A stretch of DNA of 35,852 nt from an uncultured Candidatus Saccharibacteria bacterium (GCA_964602125.1 CAZRPR010000006.1:2108-37959); one strand, 5' to 3'. Positions 1-9,318 are shown, counted from the stretch's first letter. Notes: generated from the sequence alone by a model not told the origin. A program made the numbers and translations.

Positions 1-2
1 AT

Positions 3-788
3 TATGGAGAAACAGAGCTTGTTGACGGAGAACCAGGGGAGATCAGAACTGTGTTCTACAATCTCTTGAAAAATGCTGTCGAGGCAATGCCAAAGGGTGG
101 CAAAATAACTCTGGAAACAGGTGTTCACGAAGAAGAAGCCGTCTCCTATGTCAGAGTTACCGACACCGGGATTGGAATGGATGAAGAAACTAAAAAAAGA
201 ATCTTCGACCCTTTCTTTTCAACCAAAGGATTTGAGCCGGGACGTGGACTCGGGATGAATGCTGTTTACACCATCGTTCGGGATCACGAAGGAAAGATCG
301 TTGTCACCGAAACAGCTGTTGGCAGAGGAACTACCATCGAGATCAAGATTCCTTTTGGAAAAAAACCGGTAAAAAATTCAGTAAATAAAAGCCCTAACGA
401 GCAAGAAGTTTCTGCCAAAATTTTGTGGGTTGACGATGAAGAAATGGTCAGAACTTTGGGGAAAGAACTGCTTACTCGATTAGGTCATTCGGTTGAAGTC
501 GCTGCCAGTGGGGAAGAAGCTTTGGCACTTTTAGAAAAAAACCAACACAGCTCCTATGATCTTATTATTACCGACGTTGGTATGCCAAGAATGAGTGGTT
601 TGCAGCTGGCAGAAGCCGTTAAAGAAAGATGTTATGTGGGCTTAAAAGTTGCGGTGGTGACTGGATGGGGAGATAATCTTTCAGTCGAAGAAAAAAGAAA
701 GTGTGGAATCGGCTATGTCCTTGGCAAACCAGTATCCATGATGGATTTGAAAAATTTGGTTAGAGAAGCGCTCCAATCAAAAATTTAA
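3..788 (+). CDS. C-terminal part of a hybrid sensor histidine kinase (HATPase_c + receiver domain); 5' end lies outside the window
   Basis: Frame is open from position 3. N-box NLLKNA, G1 DTGIGM, F-box FDPFFSTK, G2 GRGLG, then REC domain (VDDE, DLIITDVGMP, KP). Confidence 0.93.
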   Translation, partial: YGETELVDGEPGEIRTVFYNLLKNAVEAMPKGGKITLETGVHEEEAVSYVRVTDTGIGMDEETKKRIFDPFFSTKGFEPGRGLGMNAVYTIVRDHEGKIVVTETAVGRGTTIEIKIPFGKKPVKNSVNKSPNEQEVSAKILWVDDEEMVRTLGKELLTRLGHSVEVAASGEEALALLEKNQHSSYDLIITDVGMPRMSGLQLAEAVKERCYVGLKVAVVTGWGDNLSVEEKRKCGIGYVLGKPVSMMDLKNLVREALQSKI

Positions 789-794
789 AAGTTT

Positions 795-830
795 ATCCCG
801 GTGTTTCAATGAGACACTGGGATTTTTTTT
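795..830 (+). terminator. Rho-independent terminator
   Basis: ATCCCGGTGTTTC-AAT-GAGACACTGGGAT 13-bp stem (two G-U pairs) followed by a T-run, just after the kinase stop codon. Confidence 0.85.
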
Positions 831-901
831 GTTAAAACCCATTTTACTTCAAGTATTTATCTAGAAAAATAAATATTTTTTCGAGATTTTCAGTTTTTAA
901 A

Positions 902-1663
902 TTATTTTTTATAAAATATTCTGGCGACAAAGAATATAAATAATACTAAGCATATAATCGCAGTCGCGATGACACTCGGATATTGTCCGTCAAAACCGCC
1001 GACCGACAAATGTTTAAAAAGTATCCATGAATATGCCCAGATGAGCACCATGCCATAGACGATGTTTTTATCTTTACGCATTCGCAAAATTCCAATCAGT
1101 GCTCCAACTAGCAAAATAATGCTGGTCCAGATAAAGTCGGCAATCCCAAATCCATTCCAACCAATACTCACCAAAAATACCGCAATATTGGCAATCGTCG
1201 CAACTGTTATCCAGCCAAAGTAAAGACTGAAAGGAGTCCAAATAGAAATTTTTTCAATTGATGTAAATTTTTCTGCGCGGAGGATGTCGGCAATTTTAAT
1301 CAGAAGAAAAAGCAACACCGCCATAATAATCACCGAGACACCTATATAGTCATAATGCCAAGCAAATATCCAAGAAATATTAGCAAGGGAAGTAGCAATA
1401 AAAAACGGATTGATTTGCTGGAGAAGCTTTTCTGTTTTTTGATCTTTTTTTACAAACTGGTACAGAACATATCCGCCAAGCATTAGATAAATCAAACCCC
1501 AAATGGAAAAGGCTGGACCAGCTGGAGCGAACAGATTGGGGTAGGCGTCCGATATTTCACCGGTGGAGCGATTATTGATCGGCAAACCGTTAGCCAAAAA
1601 ATTTACCACCACCATGGCGACATAGGCAACCCCCGCCATTATTTTCATCAAAATGTTTTTCAT
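902..1663 (-). CDS. TspO/MBR-like tryptophan-rich integral membrane protein
   Basis: Multi-TM protein with NLFAPAGPAFSIWGLIY, NISWIFAW and SLYFGWITVATIAN motifs. Confidence 0.75.
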   Translation of the reverse strand: MKNILMKIMAGVAYVAMVVVNFLANGLPINNRSTGEISDAYPNLFAPAGPAFSIWGLIYLMLGGYVLYQFVKKDQKTEKLLQQINPFFIATSLANISWIFAWHYDYIGVSVIIMAVLLFLLIKIADILRAEKFTSIEKISIWTPFSLYFGWITVATIANIAVFLVSIGWNGFGIADFIWTSIILLVGALIGILRMRKDKNIVYGMVLIWAYSWILFKHLSVGGFDGQYPSVIATAIICLVLFIFFVARIFYKK

Positions 1664-1786
1664 GTTTTTTTATTACTTATTTTAAAATTTTAATCCTAAA
1701 TTTAGTTTTTTGAAAATTGGAAAATACAAAAAAATCGGAGAGAATGTTGTTTAGTAGGCAAAACATTTTTATCTTACAATAAATAT

Positions 1787-2782
1787 ATGCGTGGCAACCA
1801 ACCGATTATCGAAGTCAGAAAATTAAAGAAAAGTTTCAAACATTCCAAAAGGGAATTGGGGTTGAAAAATACACTCAAAAATATTTTTTACCTCGCTAAA
1901 AAAACTAAAAAGTTTGCCGTTAAAGACGTAAATTTCAAAATAAAAAAGGGAGAATTTGTTGGTTTTTTGGGACCCAATGGTGCCGGCAAAACGACTACCT
2001 TAAAAATGCTTTCCGGCATAACCAATCCCGATTCCGGTGAAGCTCGAGTCATGGGATTTATCCCATGGGAAAGAAAACCCGACTATCAAAAAAGATTTTC
2101 TATGGTTATGGGACAAAAATCTCAACTTTGGTGGGACTTGCCCGCCATGGAAAGTTTTCTTCTCAATAAAGCTATTTATGAAATATCGGATGAAGATTTC
2201 AAGTCGAGAATAGAAGAGCTAACAGAGCTACTCGAAGCCAAAGATCTACTCAACAAGCAAGTCCGCCAGATGTCCTTGGGAGAACGTATGAAATGTGAAC
2301 TAATCGCCTCGATTCTACACAACCCGGAGGTTCTATTTTTAGACGAGCCGACAATCGGTCTTGACGTAGTTGCTCAAAAAAATATCCGAGACTTTCTGAG
2401 ACAATATAACGAAGGAGAAAAAACTACCATTATTCTGACTTCCCATTACATGGGCGATATTATGAAACTTTGTAAAAGAATAATCATTATAGACAAAGGA
2501 AAAATAATTTATGATGGACTGATTAGCAAGTTAATAGAAAAATACGCTCCCAACAAAACTATTACTGTCTATTTAGATCAAGAAGTGAAAAGAAAAAATT
2601 TGGAAATTTTCGGTAAAATTATTCAACTGGACCAAACAAAGGCCGTCTTCGAAGCCCCAAGAAAAAAAATAAAAAAACTAGCCGCCGACATACTCTCTTC
2701 TGATTTACCCATTAAAGACATTGACATCGCCGAACCAGGAATAGAAAGCATTATTAGAAACATTTTTAAAAGCGGCTTATGA
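1787..2782 (+). CDS. ABC transporter ATP-binding protein
   Basis: Walker A GPNGAGKTT, signature MSLGERMK, Walker B LFLDEPTIGLD, H-loop TSH. Confidence 0.95.
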   Translation: MRGNQPIIEVRKLKKSFKHSKRELGLKNTLKNIFYLAKKTKKFAVKDVNFKIKKGEFVGFLGPNGAGKTTTLKMLSGITNPDSGEARVMGFIPWERKPDYQKRFSMVMGQKSQLWWDLPAMESFLLNKAIYEISDEDFKSRIEELTELLEAKDLLNKQVRQMSLGERMKCELIASILHNPEVLFLDEPTIGLDVVAQKNIRDFLRQYNEGEKTTIILTSHYMGDIMKLCKRIIIIDKGKIIYDGLISKLIEKYAPNKTITVYLDQEVKRKNLEIFGKIIQLDQTKAVFEAPRKKIKKLAADILSSDLPIKDIDIAEPGIESIIRNIFKSGL

Positions 2783-3570
2783 AAAAATATTTTCTGATTT
2801 TTAAAAATGCTATTCGCGAAGGTATGGTCTATCGGCTAGACACCTTAACTTTTTTCTTTTCAGAAATTCTGATTTTCTTCTCCCTTTTCTATCTTTGGAG
2901 TTCCGCCTATGGAGAAGCCGGCGTTATCGGAAATTACTCTCTGAGGGAAATGCTATTCTATTACCTGGCAGCTCATTTTATTTTACTAACGGCTAAAAAC
3001 AATGAAATTGCCTGGATGATCGGGGACGAAATAAGAATGGGCAGTTTCAACACTTTTCTAGTTCAACCAATAGATTATTCCAAGTATATTCTATCCTATA
3101 TTCTCGGAAAATCATTTTACAACACTTTGATTTTTACTTCCGCTTTTTGCATTATTTTTATTATTTTCGGTCGATATCTTGACCCACCAAACGAAATATC
3201 CCGATACATTTATTTTATTATATCCGTCGGCTTGGGTTTTTTTATTCATTTTTTCTTCGCCTACATCATCGGTCTCTCCACTTTTTGGTTAGGCATGATC
3301 CAGGGAATAAATTTTTCTTTTTGGTCGATTTCCTCTCTGCTTGAGGGAAGCTTGATTCCTCTCGATTTACTGCCCACTTTTTTACAAAAAATAAACGACT
3401 TTTTGCCTTTTAAATATACCGTATTCGTTCCGGTTTCTATTCTTAACGGAAAAATTGACCCCACTCCGATTCTATTTCTAGTCCCGCTTCTTTGGATTTT
3501 ATTTTTGATTTTTTTAAGTAAAATAATTTTTAAAAGAGGAGTGAAAAAATATGAAGGCTTCGGTATTTAA
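2779..3570 (+). CDS. ABC-2 type transporter permease (DUF990-like)
   Basis: About 6 TM segments, IRxGxFNTFLVQP motif; ATGA overlap with the ATPase gene. Confidence 0.85.
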   Translation: MKKYFLIFKNAIREGMVYRLDTLTFFFSEILIFFSLFYLWSSAYGEAGVIGNYSLREMLFYYLAAHFILLTAKNNEIAWMIGDEIRMGSFNTFLVQPIDYSKYILSYILGKSFYNTLIFTSAFCIIFIIFGRYLDPPNEISRYIYFIISVGLGFFIHFFFAYIIGLSTFWLGMIQGINFSFWSISSLLEGSLIPLDLLPTFLQKINDFLPFKYTVFVPVSILNGKIDPTPILFLVPLLWILFLIFLSKIIFKRGVKKYEGFGI

Positions 3571-4369
3571 AAAATTTTGGCGCTATTTTAAGGTTTTCTT
3601 TATTATCAAGAAACTAGGCTTTGTCGGTCGAACTTTCTACCGACTAAATTTCTCTTTACTTATTTTTGCCGTTTTTTTTCAAATGATTCTGAGCGTTATT
3701 TTTGTTAAAACTGTTTTTTCTTTTGTCCAAAATATCGCCGGCTGGTCTTATTTCGAATCGCTCTTAGTGCTCGCCTCCTACATGATTGTGGAGGGTGCGG
3801 TCTGGATGCTTTTCGGACAGATGGGTGCCATAAAAAATCTAATTCAAAGAGGCAGTTTAGACTCTCTACTGATCAAACCGATAGATACTCAGCTCTTGGT
3901 TTCCGCTTGGAGAGGAGACTTAGAAGATGTTTCCCGCATCTTTACCGGTCTGGGGGTTTTAGTCTACGCTCTATCCAATTTAGATCTTTCTCTTGAATTT
4001 ATTTTAGTTAATTCGGTGTTTTATTTTTTTCTTATCATTAACGCCATCACAATTGCCTATAGTTTCGCCCTTTTCCTTCAAACAATGAGTTTCTGGCTAA
4101 TCAAAGGGTACTCTTTAACAAATATTCAAGACTCGATTCTTTCCGTCAGTAAATTCCCGACTGATATCTTTTTTAATAAAATCGTTCGCTTAGTTTTTAC
4201 TTTTGCCGTTCCCATTGCTTTTATTTCAACCGTGCCGGCGAAAATTTTTTCCGAAGGATTTAACTTTATTTTTCTTTTAGAGTCTTTCGCTATTGCCAGT
4301 CTGTTTTTTTGGTTATCCCGTAAATTCTGGCTCTACGCTCTTCGCAAATACATTAGCGTCGGAGGATAG
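3551..4369 (+). CDS. ABC-2 type transporter permease (second, DUF990-like)
   Basis: IQRGSLDSLLIKP and KFPTDIF...FTFAVPIAFISTVPA motifs; overlaps the previous permease. Confidence 0.85.
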   Translation: MKASVFKKFWRYFKVFFIIKKLGFVGRTFYRLNFSLLIFAVFFQMILSVIFVKTVFSFVQNIAGWSYFESLLVLASYMIVEGAVWMLFGQMGAIKNLIQRGSLDSLLIKPIDTQLLVSAWRGDLEDVSRIFTGLGVLVYALSNLDLSLEFILVNSVFYFFLIINAITIAYSFALFLQTMSFWLIKGYSLTNIQDSILSVSKFPTDIFFNKIVRLVFTFAVPIAFISTVPAKIFSEGFNFIFLLESFAIASLFFWLSRKFWLYALRKYISVGG

Positions 4370-4439
4370 CTATCCATTGATCTTGTACGACACTATACTG
4401 ATTTTCTTTTTTAGGACAAAATAATAAAAAATACCCCAC

Positions 4440-4467
4440 AAAAAAAGGAGAGACTTTTTGTCTCTCC
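4440..4467 (-). terminator. Rho-independent terminator of the 4488-5324 gene
   Basis: GGAGAGAC-N5-GTCTCTCC perfect 8-bp stem (4447-4467) with a T-run on the minus strand, between convergent genes. Confidence 0.75.
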
Positions 4468-4487
4468 CGTGGGAAAATTTATTCTTA

Positions 4488-5324
4488 TTACGAACTAGAC
4501 GGCCAACGTCTAGAAATAAATTCGTAGCCGAAAACTCCCAGAGTTCCGCCAATTAAAGCTCCCTTAATAACACTATCAAAAAAATATCCTAAGCTCGCAC
4601 CAACGATGGCACTAAGCATACAAAGAAATTTTCTGTCTGTGCAGATAGCTTCAAAAAGGGAAATGGTATTTTCTATAAGAATAGGTATCCATTTTTTCAA
4701 AAAGTTAATACCCGCAGGCACTTTTCTGATAATACGATAAATCAATTTGGTAATGCCCCCAATCAAAACCAATGCAGATTTTGGGTACCAGTAAAAAAGA
4801 AAAAAGATGGGATTAGCTTTAAGGAGCACCTCTTTTGATTGCCTGACAATTTCTGCTGGTGTTAAACATGAATTATTTGTTGCCAATTTTTCGTCCCGAC
4901 TCGTTTTTTCACGAATTTTGTACTCTGTATAAAAAACAGAGAATATACTGGCTATCGCAATTGATATTCCGATAGCACCAGCTATAAAATCAGACCCTCC
5001 TTGTTTTTTCCCAGCAAGTACTTCTGGGGGCAAGACTTCATATAGAAGCCAAAGAGGAACACCAAATGATATAATAAAATTTATCATACCGAGAAAAGCG
5101 TCCATCAATTCCCAAAAAAATCTGTTTTTTTCTTGACCGTTGTACTTTACGAGAGATGATTTGACAGCCTTGATTATCCTTTCAAAATCATAGAAAAAAT
5201 AACCACTGGCTCCGCCTACCAGAAGACCAAGCCACCAAAAATAAGTGTTTAGTTGCAAAGCCACTAGCGTTCCGATGCCGCCACCAAAAGCGCAAACTAG
5301 AAAAACCCTGAAATTATGAGACAT
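4488..5324 (-). CDS. Hypothetical multi-pass membrane protein
   Basis: Hydrophobic Gly-rich helices. Start reassigned to ATG at 5324 (MSHNF...), which has GGAGG upstream. Extended -10 TGATATAAT at 5402-5410. Confidence 0.7.
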   Translation of the reverse strand: MSHNFRVFLVCAFGGGIGTLVALQLNTYFWWLGLLVGGASGYFFYDFERIIKAVKSSLVKYNGQEKNRFFWELMDAFLGMINFIISFGVPLWLLYEVLPPEVLAGKKQGGSDFIAGAIGISIAIASIFSVFYTEYKIREKTSRDEKLATNNSCLTPAEIVRQSKEVLLKANPIFFLFYWYPKSALVLIGGITKLIYRIIRKVPAGINFLKKWIPILIENTISLFEAICTDRKFLCMLSAIVGASLGYFFDSVIKGALIGGTLGVFGYEFISRRWPSSS

Positions 5325-5550
5325 TTTTACCTCCGTAGTAAAGTTTTTAAAGAGCACTCTTTTTAGAGTTGATTCTACTTCTTTTGTAGGTAGCAAAGTA
5401 GATTATATCAGTATTTTAGCCGGGTCAAGGCAAAAAAAGTTTATAAAAATAAATAGAATAATTTAGCTTACTCCAATTTTCAAATTTTCACGTTTTTGTC
5501 AACATAATCGTGAAAAACATACAAAAAACAATACTTTTTCACGTTTTTGA

Positions 5551-5586
5551 AGGGGGTTAATATTCACCCATCAATATTAACCCCCT
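5551..5586. repeat. Perfect 14-bp inverted repeat
   Basis: AGGGGGTTAATATT-CACCCATC-AATATTAACCCCCT, downstream of Fic gene 1, with no U-tract. Confidence 0.85.
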
Positions 5587-5608
5587 ATCTGATTTGGTTT
5601 ATATCTAC

Positions 5609-6550
5609 CTATCTTTTCCTAGCTCTTCCTTCTAAATATCTATTTACCGCTTCAAGACTGGTAAGCCAATCCCTTCCTTGTTTATACGCCTCCAATTTCC
5701 CTTGGCGAATTAATAAATTGAGATATTTAGCTGAAAAGGAAGTTTTTGGGCTAATCTCAGAGAGAGGCAAATATTTTTCTTTCTTTACTCCGCTTGGAGT
5801 AATAACTTTCAGATATATATCAAGGGATCTTTCTACACTTTGAGCGATAAAACGGACTAACTTTGAAAAATCGCCCTTATCCGCTTGAGATAATACCTCG
5901 TAATATTTTTTGCGATCGTTTTTGAGTATAATAACTAGAGGATAACCTCTTTGCATTAAAATCAAATTCATAAACAATCTGGCAGTCCGGCCGTTTCCGT
6001 CAAAAAATGGATGTATATAAACCAATCTATGATGGGTGAGAGCCGCCAGTTCTACAGGATGTAACTTTTTTATATTTTTTTGTAACCAAGAAATTAATTT
6101 TTTCATTTCTTTTGACACCTCTAATGCATCTGGGGGAGTGTGGTCGGCTCCGCCGATGATAACATTACTATTTCGATATTTGCCCGCCCAGTCCCTATCA
6201 GTTTCTTGAACTATAATTTGATGTAAATTACGAATCAATAGTTCCGACATCGTGTGATGTTTATTTTTTTCAACTAAATCGGAGAGATACTCCAAAGCTT
6301 CATGATGGTTTTTAGCTTCCAAGTGATCTTTTAGCGGTTTTCCTTTAATCGTAATCCCTTCATTGATAACAAGAAAAGTTTCTTTAAGAGTTAAGCTGTT
6401 TCCCTCTATTCCGTTAGAATTATAAGTCATTTCAATTCTAAACTGCTCTTGCAGCTTTTTAACTAAAGCAGGCGGAAGGGGTCTTAACTTATCAATCTTT
6501 TTCAGTTTTTCCTCTAATCGGTTGATTAAATTTTTGTCTAAATAATTCAT
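5609..6550 (-). CDS. Fic-domain protein (class II) with C-terminal excisionase-like HTH
   Basis: Catalytic HPFFDGNGRTAR; inhibitory helix SNGIEGN; C-terminal LSEI...YLNLLIRQGKLEAYKQGRDW. Confidence 0.92.
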   Translation of the reverse strand: MNYLDKNLINRLEEKLKKIDKLRPLPPALVKKLQEQFRIEMTYNSNGIEGNSLTLKETFLVINEGITIKGKPLKDHLEAKNHHEALEYLSDLVEKNKHHTMSELLIRNLHQIIVQETDRDWAGKYRNSNVIIGGADHTPPDALEVSKEMKKLISWLQKNIKKLHPVELAALTHHRLVYIHPFFDGNGRTARLFMNLILMQRGYPLVIILKNDRKKYYEVLSQADKGDFSKLVRFIAQSVERSLDIYLKVITPSGVKKEKYLPLSEISPKTSFSAKYLNLLIRQGKLEAYKQGRDWLTSLEAVNRYLEGRARKR

Positions 6551-6553
6551 AAA

Positions 6554-6604
6554 ATTTCTTAATATGGTTTAGCGATATATTAAACCTATACCATATTAAG
6601 AAAT
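6554..6604. promoter_or_regulatory. 15-bp perfect inverted repeat directly upstream of Fic gene 1 (putative operator or RNA hairpin)
   Basis: ATTTCTTAATATGGT (6554-6568) ... ACCATATTAAGAAAT (6590-6604), 3 bp from the ATG. Confidence 0.6.
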
Positions 6605-6736
6605 AACACAAATTTTTCTTGTTTTACTCGATATAAAAATTACATAATTTTAATTATTTTCTGGTGCTCAGCTAACTAGGAACTCTTTTTTTATTTATTC
6701 TCTGAGACCTAAACTAATATTCATTTAGAAAAAAAT

Positions 6737-7789
6737 TTAGATTTTTCGATAACGGCTTCCTCTACCCAAACCAATCCTTTCGATTAATTTCAAGACAACC
6801 AGCCGAGACAAAGATTGTTTCAAGGTCGCTATCGGAATCGATTTCTTAAGCAAAGCATCAACTTCAGAGACACTTAAAGTCTCAAGTTGGAACAACTGAT
6901 AAATTCTAAGTTGTTTTTCGGAAAGCAATTTCTCCGGCTGATCTTTTTTCATAATAGATTCGGCTCTTTTAACTTGTTCTTCTAGCGTCTTCAACAAAAA
7001 ATCGAGCCAAGGGGCAATATTCTCTTTTCTTGTTTTGTGCTTGGACTGGGTTTTACGCAGGGCTAAGTAATAATCGATTTTTCTTTCTTCTATAATTTCA
7101 TCCAACGAAATATAGGGAACATACGTGTAACCGAATTTAAGCAGAAGCAAAGTAGTAAGTGCTCTTGAAAGCCTGCCGTTTCCATCGCGAAAGGGGTGAA
7201 TGGCTAAAAATTCAAAAATAAAATTAGCAATCAGGATGAGAGGATGAGTTTCTCCTTTTTTTGTTTCGTCCTCTAACCAATACAGGACATCGTCCATCTC
7301 TTTCTTGGTTAGATATGGTTTAGTCGGTTCGAAAATAACAATTTCCGCTCCGTTCTCTTTACGCATAATTACCTTATTATCAATTGTTTTGTATTTACCT
7401 TTGTGAGGTTTGTCTTTATCAGAAAAATTCAGTAAGATTTGATGAAAATGTAAAATTTGACTCTCGGTAATTTTGAGAGTTTGCCAGTTATCGAAGATTC
7501 TACCCAACAAATCAGCATAGCCTGCCACTTCCTGCGCATCGCGACCTTTGGGTGAAGCCGACTTCAGACCCCGCAAAAGACGTGCCACTTCATCGTCTGA
7601 CATTTTCGATCCCTCGATACGCGTAGAAGCCCCGGAGCTGGTGATAAGTACGCTTCGCTTCAGTCTGCCTAGCGTTTGCGGACTCAATCTCAAGCTACCC
7701 TTCCACAAGCCCTTAAACTCGTCGATTTGAGCAATCTTCCGCAGAATTTCTTGGCTGAGAACAACTCTTTTATTAAAACGATTCTGCAT
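6737..7789 (-). CDS. Fic-domain protein with C-terminal winged HTH
   Basis: HPFRDGNGRLSR; STRIEGS inhibitory motif; C-terminal ...LSRLVVLKLIERIGLGRGSRY. Confidence 0.92.
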   Translation of the reverse strand: MQNRFNKRVVLSQEILRKIAQIDEFKGLWKGSLRLSPQTLGRLKRSVLITSSGASTRIEGSKMSDDEVARLLRGLKSASPKGRDAQEVAGYADLLGRIFDNWQTLKITESQILHFHQILLNFSDKDKPHKGKYKTIDNKVIMRKENGAEIVIFEPTKPYLTKKEMDDVLYWLEDETKKGETHPLILIANFIFEFLAIHPFRDGNGRLSRALTTLLLLKFGYTYVPYISLDEIIEERKIDYYLALRKTQSKHKTRKENIAPWLDFLLKTLEEQVKRAESIMKKDQPEKLLSEKQLRIYQLFQLETLSVSEVDALLKKSIPIATLKQSLSRLVVLKLIERIGLGRGSRYRKI

Positions 7790-7810
7790 AATTTATTGGT
7801 TATAATTTAA

Positions 7811-7847
7811 CTATATCCAATTATATATGATTATATCCGATTGTCAA
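7811..7847 (-). promoter_or_regulatory. Consensus sigma70 promoter of Fic gene 2 overlapped by 10-bp direct repeats
   Basis: TTGACA (7842-7847) -16 bp- TATAAT (7820-7825); repeats CTATATCCAA / TTATATATGA / TTATATCCGA. Confidence 0.75.
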
Positions 7848-7873
7848 GTGCTTGGGTTAGTCAAGGACGTTAG

Positions 7874-7892
7874 CCTGCCCGCCTTTGGCGGG
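7874..7892. repeat. GC-rich REP-like mini-palindrome
   Basis: CCTG-CCCGCC-TTT-GGCGGG in an AT-rich background. Confidence 0.6.
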
Positions 7893-7980
7893 AACTATTT
7901 TGGAGAGGGTAGGGGAGTATATTCACTTTCCAGACTTTACCCGCCACAGCGTCGGATTTGGTAGCAAAAAATCTGAGCCA

Positions 7981-8013
7981 TCTTGCGTAATTCTTGCGTG
8001 ATTCTTGCACGAT
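7981..8013. repeat. Three tandem 11-bp repeats
   Basis: TCTTGCGTAAT / TCTTGCGTGAT / TCTTGCACGAT, abutting the stop codon of Fic gene 3. Confidence 0.8.
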
Positions 8014-9143
8014 TATTTATTCTTAAACAAATTCAAATATTCCTCCAATGAATAAAGTCGATTACGAGAGAAGCCAGTAATTTCTTTCAGAAGACCGAGT
8101 TTTTCAAGTGATGCTAAGAGACTATTGGCTGTATTAAAAGTGACTCCAAATTCTTTCATAATGGTTTTTGACCCGACGATCGGTTGAGAAAACAAAAACA
8201 AAAGCACCTCGCCAGAAATTTTTGCACGTCTGCCTAGCGTCAATATTTTATTTTCATAACGCTGTCTCAAATCAATTATCTTCTGGAAAGTATTCTTTCC
8301 GCTTTTAGCAGTTTCGATAATACCGCTCAGAAAAAATTTTATCCATTGTTCTAGATTATTTGACACCCTGACCATAGTCAACGCATCATAATATGCGCCT
8401 TTATTTTTTTCAAAAAAAGCAGACAGATAAAGCGTGGGTTTGTTTAAAATCTCCCTTTCAATAAATTGTAAAGATACAATTAGTCTCCCAATTCTACCAT
8501 TGCCGTCCAGAAACGGATGGATAGTTTCGAACTGATAATGGCAAATGGCAATTTTAATGAGAAGCGGAATATTAAGATTTTTGTTGTGCCAGAACTTTTC
8601 CCAATCAGCCAGAAGCCCCGGCAGTTCATCTTTGTGTGGTGGAACGAAAAAAGCATCAACAAGACCTGAGCCACCAATCCAATTTTGGCTGTTCCTGATT
8701 TCACCTGGATGCTTGTATTTTCCACGTACTCCGGAAAGCAAAGCTTTGTGAGTTTCCCGAACAAGCCTTATGGACAAAGGAAGCTTTTCCAACTGCCCGA
8801 TGGCGTACTCCATGGCCTTTATATAATTTTGAACCTCCTGCCAATCATCACGTTTTTCCAAGCCGACCTCTTCTTTGGGCAATATAGCTTCATCTACGCC
8901 AGTTTTAGTCCCTTCAATACGGCTAGAAATAGTTGCTTCCTTAACAGCATGCATTTTGATAAAAAAATTAACGTCTGGAACTAGGATGGAATAGGCATTC
9001 AACTCTCCTAAATACCTCATAGCTTCTTCCAGGAGAAGGTTAATTTTTTTGTCCTGAAAATCAAATTCATGATTTATGAAATTCGGACTGAAGCTTTTGT
9101 ATTCAAATTGTTGCTTATATTTTCCAGCAATAAATTTGTTCAT
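8013..9143 (-). CDS. Fic-domain protein (SoFic-like: N-terminal domain, Fic core, C-terminal wHTH)
   Basis: [12 protein letters not shown]; SSRIEGT; FVPP; C-terminal [18 protein letters not shown] at 9143 preferred over TTG at 9173, which lies inside the operator repeat. Confidence 0.92.
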   Translation of the reverse strand: MNKFIAGKYKQQFEYKSFSPNFINHEFDFQDKKINLLLEEAMRYLGELNAYSILVPDVNFFIKMHAVKEATISSRIEGTKTGVDEAILPKEEVGLEKRDDWQEVQNYIKAMEYAIGQLEKLPLSIRLVRETHKALLSGVRGKYKHPGEIRNSQNWIGGSGLVDAFFVPPHKDELPGLLADWEKFWHNKNLNIPLLIKIAICHYQFETIHPFLDGNGRIGRLIVSLQFIEREILNKPTLYLSAFFEKNKGAYYDALTMVRVSNNLEQWIKFFLSGIIETAKSGKNTFQKIIDLRQRYENKILTLGRRAKISGEVLLFLFSQPIVGSKTIMKEFGVTFNTANSLLASLEKLGLLKEITGFSRNRLYSLEEYLNLFKNK

Positions 9144-9147
9144 CTTT

Positions 9148-9201
9148 TTGAGATATAAATTATTATATCTCAACTTTATTGATTTTTTTGAGATATGTCA
9201 A
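9148..9201 (-). promoter_or_regulatory. Promoter/operator of Fic gene 3
   Basis: TTGACA (9196-9201) -17 bp- TAAAGT (9173-9178); inverted repeat TTGAGATATAA-ATTA-TTATATCTCAA (9148-9173) plus a third TTGAGATAT half-site (9188-9196). Confidence 0.7.
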
Positions 9202-9251
9202 ATTATAACTTGGGAGACAAAAAGGAGGGTCTGGCCTCTGTTCGTACACAA

Positions 9252-9261
9252 TGGCTGGGGC
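9252..9261 (+). repeat. Left att core of the tRNA-Gln island
   Basis: TGGCTGGGGC, identical to 21665-21674, which is the reverse complement of the tRNA-Gln 3' end. Confidence 0.75.
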
Positions 9262-9318
9262 TAGTGGATGTATTTAGGAATTTGAGATTGGGGGAAATTG
9301 AAATGGAATTAGAGAATC

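Noticed and set aside
7981-8013. Short repeats as a CRISPR array
   Set aside because: No spacers, units too short, and no cas genes in the window.
9076-9264. 62-aa plus-strand ORF
   Set aside because: Antisense to the Fic3 start and promoter, and in a different frame from the att-linked WLG frame.
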